Made by a program: the position numbers and the translations under genes
Shown: piece after piece, positions 59,165 through 64,000 of the stretch
Layout: the number at the start of each line of letters is the position of its first letter
Numbering within the stretch: the stretch's first letter is position 1
The notes under the pieces: model-generated
Seen by the model: only the letters and a program-made list of their open reading frames with translations
Databases searched by the model: none
What the model was told of the DNA's origin: nothing
NCBI RefSeq assembly: GCF_009914755.1
Contig: NC_060925.1
Direction: 5' to 3' (one strand)
Length of the DNA stretch: 64,000 nt
From: the human T2T-CHM13v2.0 reference genome, Homo sapiens

Positions 59165-60884
59165 TCAAAAAAAAAAAAAAAGAGCAAGACAAGAGCAAGA
59201 CTCGTCTCAAAAAAAAAAAAAAAATGCTGGGCGTGGTGGCTCACGACTGTAATCCCACACTTTGGGAGGCCAAGGTGGGTGGATCACCTGAGGTTAGGAG
59301 TTTGAGAACAGCCTGGCCAATGTGGTGAAACCCTGCCTCTACTAAAAATCCAAAAATTAGCCTGGTGTGGTGGCAGGTGCCTGTAATCCCAGCTACCTGG
59401 GAGGCTGAGGGCAGAAGAATCACTTGAACCCGGGAGGCGAAGGTGGCAGTGAGCCGAGATCTAGCCATTGCACTCCAGCCTGGGGGACAAGAGTGAGACT
59501 TCGTCTCCAAAAAAAAAAAAAATTATGATCTTGCTCATACAGGCAGGAAACAAATTTAGTAGGACTATAACATTTCTATACCAGGCTGGTTTATGAGTTA
59601 CAACAATATAGCTAGTTAAAATTTGTCTTCTTTTCCATACACTTTGTTTTATTTTCCTTTCCAATTTGTGTATTTAACATTCTATCTTAGATAATGTGAT
59701 AGTCATGAAGTCTTTGTGTGAGAGAGAAAAGAAGGAAGTTAATCTATAATGAAGATTGACTGTTGAGAGGGAAACAGTCTGCCCTGTCACCCTTTAGTCA
59801 TTTACAACATTTTATAAAACAATGTAGTTAAGGAAAAGCTAATCGATAACACAAACAAAAGTTATGCCTTCCTGTTTACATTACTCAGGTCCCATAATCT
59901 CATTCCCTTAAGTCTAAGGTATTTTAAAGTTCCAACAGCTTAGATTTTGAATATCTTATTTTCACAGAAACTACAGGGCAACAAGGCACCAGAGTCCCGG
60001 ACTTAGGACCACTGTGTGTGATTCACCGTGAACACTGGCATATTAAAGGCTCTGAGAAGTCCTGTAGGAAAGGACAATTTGAACTTTGTTTGAGCTCATA
60101 TTTTCCAATCCCATCTGACCTTTAGTTCTTCACTGAGTGCCCACTGGGTTATATTCTGGGAGCCGAGGCCACAGCAGTGAACAAAGCACACAAAACCCCC
60201 CGCCCCATGGGGGCTCCGTTCTAGTGGGTCCATTTATCATCAAACATCTATTAATATCTCTAGAATGTGCCCATCAGGACACCATCCAGATGCTGCTGCG
60301 CTTTTCCAGGCCACACAGAGGGGACACCCTCCAGGTGCATCCTGCATGAATATCAGGCTCAACCGTGCTTTCAGGGTAGGAAGCAGAGGGCATTTGAAGA
60401 GTCCTTTCCCTTCCTTCATTCATTTGTTGTCTCCTTGAATAAATGCTGTTGAAAACCTACCATGTGCCAGGCTCCCTTCTAGGTACTGGGAATCGGAAGA
60501 TGAATAAGATAAAGTTTTGATCCTCAAAGAGCTTCCTGTGGGGTGGGAACTGGAAAGAATGGAACTCCCCCAGTCCCGGGAAAAAGGCTCACCAGCTTCC
60601 CCTCCGTCCCCTCGCCAGCTTCCCCGCCCTCCCTCTCCTTCCCAGACTGACCTCCTAATTTTGCATACTCTCCGACCTAACCTCCACCTCCCATTCAGGA
60701 AATGGCTTGCTTTGCTTCAGGCTGAGGCCTAAAGTAGATCTAACCCCTCCATCTTCCCTCTTGCGGGGCAGGTGTTGGAAGGAGGTTCATCTTCAGGGAT
60801 TTCACTCAAGCTACTCCTAGGCCAGAAAACCCTCGGAGAGTTAATCAGCCGTGCAACTGCCAGTGTCAGTCCATAAGGCCTTGA

Positions 60885-61322
<438 letters not shown>

Positions 61323-61928
61323 TAGTAGAGATGGGGTTTCTCCATGTTGGTCAGGCTGGTCTCGAACTCCTGACCTCAGGTGGTCCACCCTCCTCGGCCT
61401 CCCAAAGTGTTGGGATTACAGGCGTGAGCCACTGTGCCTGGCCCATCATTTTCCCTTCTGTCAAATAAAAGTGGTTGGATTAGATCGCGTTTTAGGCCCT
61501 GTGGGTTTCAGACACTCTACAGTGGAATCTGGGCTTATCGGACCTAACCCTATCTCTCCCCAGCCACCTCCTGGGCCCCTCCCTCCTTCTTCCCTGGCGT
61601 AGGGTCTGGGGAATGGCTCAGAGCTTTCAAGCTGAGCAAACATGTCCGGGCACATAGGGAACAGAGGGTAGGGGAGGGCATGGCTATTTTTATCACAGTA
61701 TAAAGGATTTTCACAGCTGCTTCCCTTGTGTCCACACACGTTCCACGAACCCAGGCTATCAGAGTGGCTAGGCTGTGATTGGAGGGGGTTCACTCCTAAA
61801 ACAAAACCTGCTCAGCAAGATGCCTGACTTTCCCCCAGGAGGGATCTATTTAAATTGCCCCGTCTGGCCGGATGCAGTGGCTCATGCCTGTAATCCCAGT
61901 ACTTTGGGAGGTCGAGGTGGGTGGATCA

Positions 61929-62108
<180 letters not shown>

Positions 62109-63269
62109 CTATAAAAAAAAAAATCTATTGTGTGAATATGCTACACATATTGACCTATGAACCTTGATGGACGTGGGAGTTGTTTCTAGGTCTTTGCTGT
62201 TGAGTTTTGAGAACAGGGGCTGCGGCAAACAATCTCATCCACACCTCCTGGAGCACATGCCTAAGGTTTTCTCACGGTATAGACCTAGGAGGGAAACGGC
62301 TGGATCACCTGTGAATTCCACTTTCGGGGTCGCCTGCTCTTTGACCTCATCTCCCACCCCTCTCTACTTTGACTACCAAGCTCCTGTCACACTGGCCTCC
62401 CCTTCCTTGAACAAGTCAAGCCCATTGCAGCCTCCAGAACTTCGCACCTGCTGTCGCCTCCCTTCAGAGCGCGTTTCTTTCAGGGATTCCCGTGGCTGGC
62501 TTTTACTTATCCTCAGGACTCCATCAGATATGACCTCCTCAGCCCAAATGTCACTTTCTCTGTCCCCCCCATCTAAATGACTTACTCCCATTCCTACCCC
62601 AATCACCTATGTTTCATTTTCTTTTCTTCTCTGTTTTTTTTTTTGGTTTTGTTTTTGTTTTTTGAGACAGTGTTGCTCTGTGGCCCAGGCTGGAGTGCAG
62701 TGGCATGATCTCGGCTCTCTGTAGCCTCTGCCTCTCCGCTCCCAGGTTCAAGTGATTCTCCTCCCTCAGCCTCCCAGTAGCTAGGATTACAGGTGCTGGG
62801 ATTACAGGTGCTCACCACCACACCTGGCTAATTTTTGTAGTTTTAGTAGAGATAGGGTTTCATCATGTCTCGAACTTCTGACCTCAAGTGATCCTCCCAC
62901 CTTGGCCTCCCAAAGCGCTGGGATCACAGGTGTGAGCCACCGCTCCTGGCCTAGACTCAAACTCTAGAAGGGCTGAGACCATGCATTTTTCACAGCTGTA
63001 TCCCCTAGAACAGTGCCTGATACATAGAGAAAAAGTGCTCAACAAGAATTTTTTTGTGGAGGTGGGTACTAATATAAATCTCATGTTAGAGAGCAGAAAA
63101 CTGAGACTCAGAGAGGTTAAGCCATGCGCCCAAAGTCGCAGAGCTTGAAGGTGGCAGAACCAGGATTGAACCGTGGTCTGCCCGGTTCCAGTGCCCCTGT
63201 TCTTTCCGAAAGAGGAGGTCTTGTCCTGACATGAGCTTTTCTTCCTGAACTCTTGTTATCAGTTGGCCA

Positions 63270-63491
63270 CTCCACACCACCTGTCCAGCCACCTGTTGGA
63301 GGGAACGCTAGGTCCTCCCTTTGGCTGTCACTTGTCCATCTGCAGCAGGCGAGGACTGTGGCCTTGGACCATGGGAGACCTGGAGTTCCACCACCTGTTC
63401 TGGGAGTGGGGCCCAATCAGCCCCCCTGCTTACCTTCTGCCCTATATTAGAGCCCCAGGCTCTGTGCCCTTTTCCTATCATCACAAAACTC
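63270..63491 (+). promoter_or_regulatory. CELA3A: CELA3A proximal promoter and 5' UTR
   Basis: Paralogous TATATTA (~63444-63450), CACCTG E-boxes and TGGCCTTGG 63359-63367. Confidence 0.7.
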
Positions 63492-63534
63492 ATGATGCTC
63501 CGGCTGCTCAGTTCCCTCCTCCTTGTGGCCGTTG
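63492..63534 (+). CDS. CELA3A: CELA3A exon 1 coding part; the gene continues beyond the window
   Basis: Same 43-nt signal-peptide exon as CELA3B, donor gtaaga, inside the second duplicon copy. Identity as CELA3A follows from the known tandem CELA3B-CELA3A order. Confidence 0.9.
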
Positions 63535-64000
63535 GTAAGACCCCAACCTGTCTGTGTGCTCCCTGGGCTGCCCTGGACTAGGAATCCTTGAAATCTACCA
63601 CTCGCTCTGAGTCCCATGACATGCTATGCCTGGTTCCACAGGAGGGGGTCTCAGCTTGTACCCGGGGGCATGACTGTAGGGGCTTTCAGCTTATGATGGA
63701 GCAGGAGAGTGGAGGGGAAGCTGTGGATGGTGAAAGACCCCCAAAGGGCTGTGGTGGAAGTCCTTGATGGGGGCAGTAAACAAAGTCAAACGGTTAAGAG
63801 TTTGGACTGTGTGGTTGGACTTCTTGGGTTGGAATTTCCACAGTTCTACTTACCACTCCAACTCTCCTCTCACTCCCCCTACCTGGCTCCATATTCTATG
63901 CTCTGGCCTTTTCCTGGTCTCTCTGCCATATTACATTCCAGCTCAGGGCCACCTCTTCCAAACAGCCTCCCTTGACTGACAATAATGGTAACAGATAACA

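Overview
Human (primate) genomic DNA, very Alu-dense. The right half holds the complete 8-exon + strand gene CELA3B (chymotrypsin-like elastase 3B; spliced CDS 38834-51093, 813 nt, 270 aa) and the promoter, exon 1 and start of intron 1 of its paralog CELA3A (ATG 63492). The two lie in a direct tandem duplication of about 25.7 kb whose junction is visible near 54833-54836. From recalled gene order this is 1p36.12 and the left edge lies just upstream of HSPG2; HSPG2 itself is not in the window. CELA3B intron 7 contains a stacked Alu-7SL-U6-Alu retrocopy cluster. The main discovery candidate is in the apparently intergenic left half: a minus-strand terminal exon (13471-~12480) with branch point, acceptor, about 280-304 codons broken by a single frameshift, a stop codon and AATAAA. 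It looks like a recently disabled (unitary) gene, possibly the orthologue of a mouse testis gene next to Hspg2; that orthology is recalled and needs checking. No prokaryotic features or CRISPR arrays. Repeat subfamily names are by eye.
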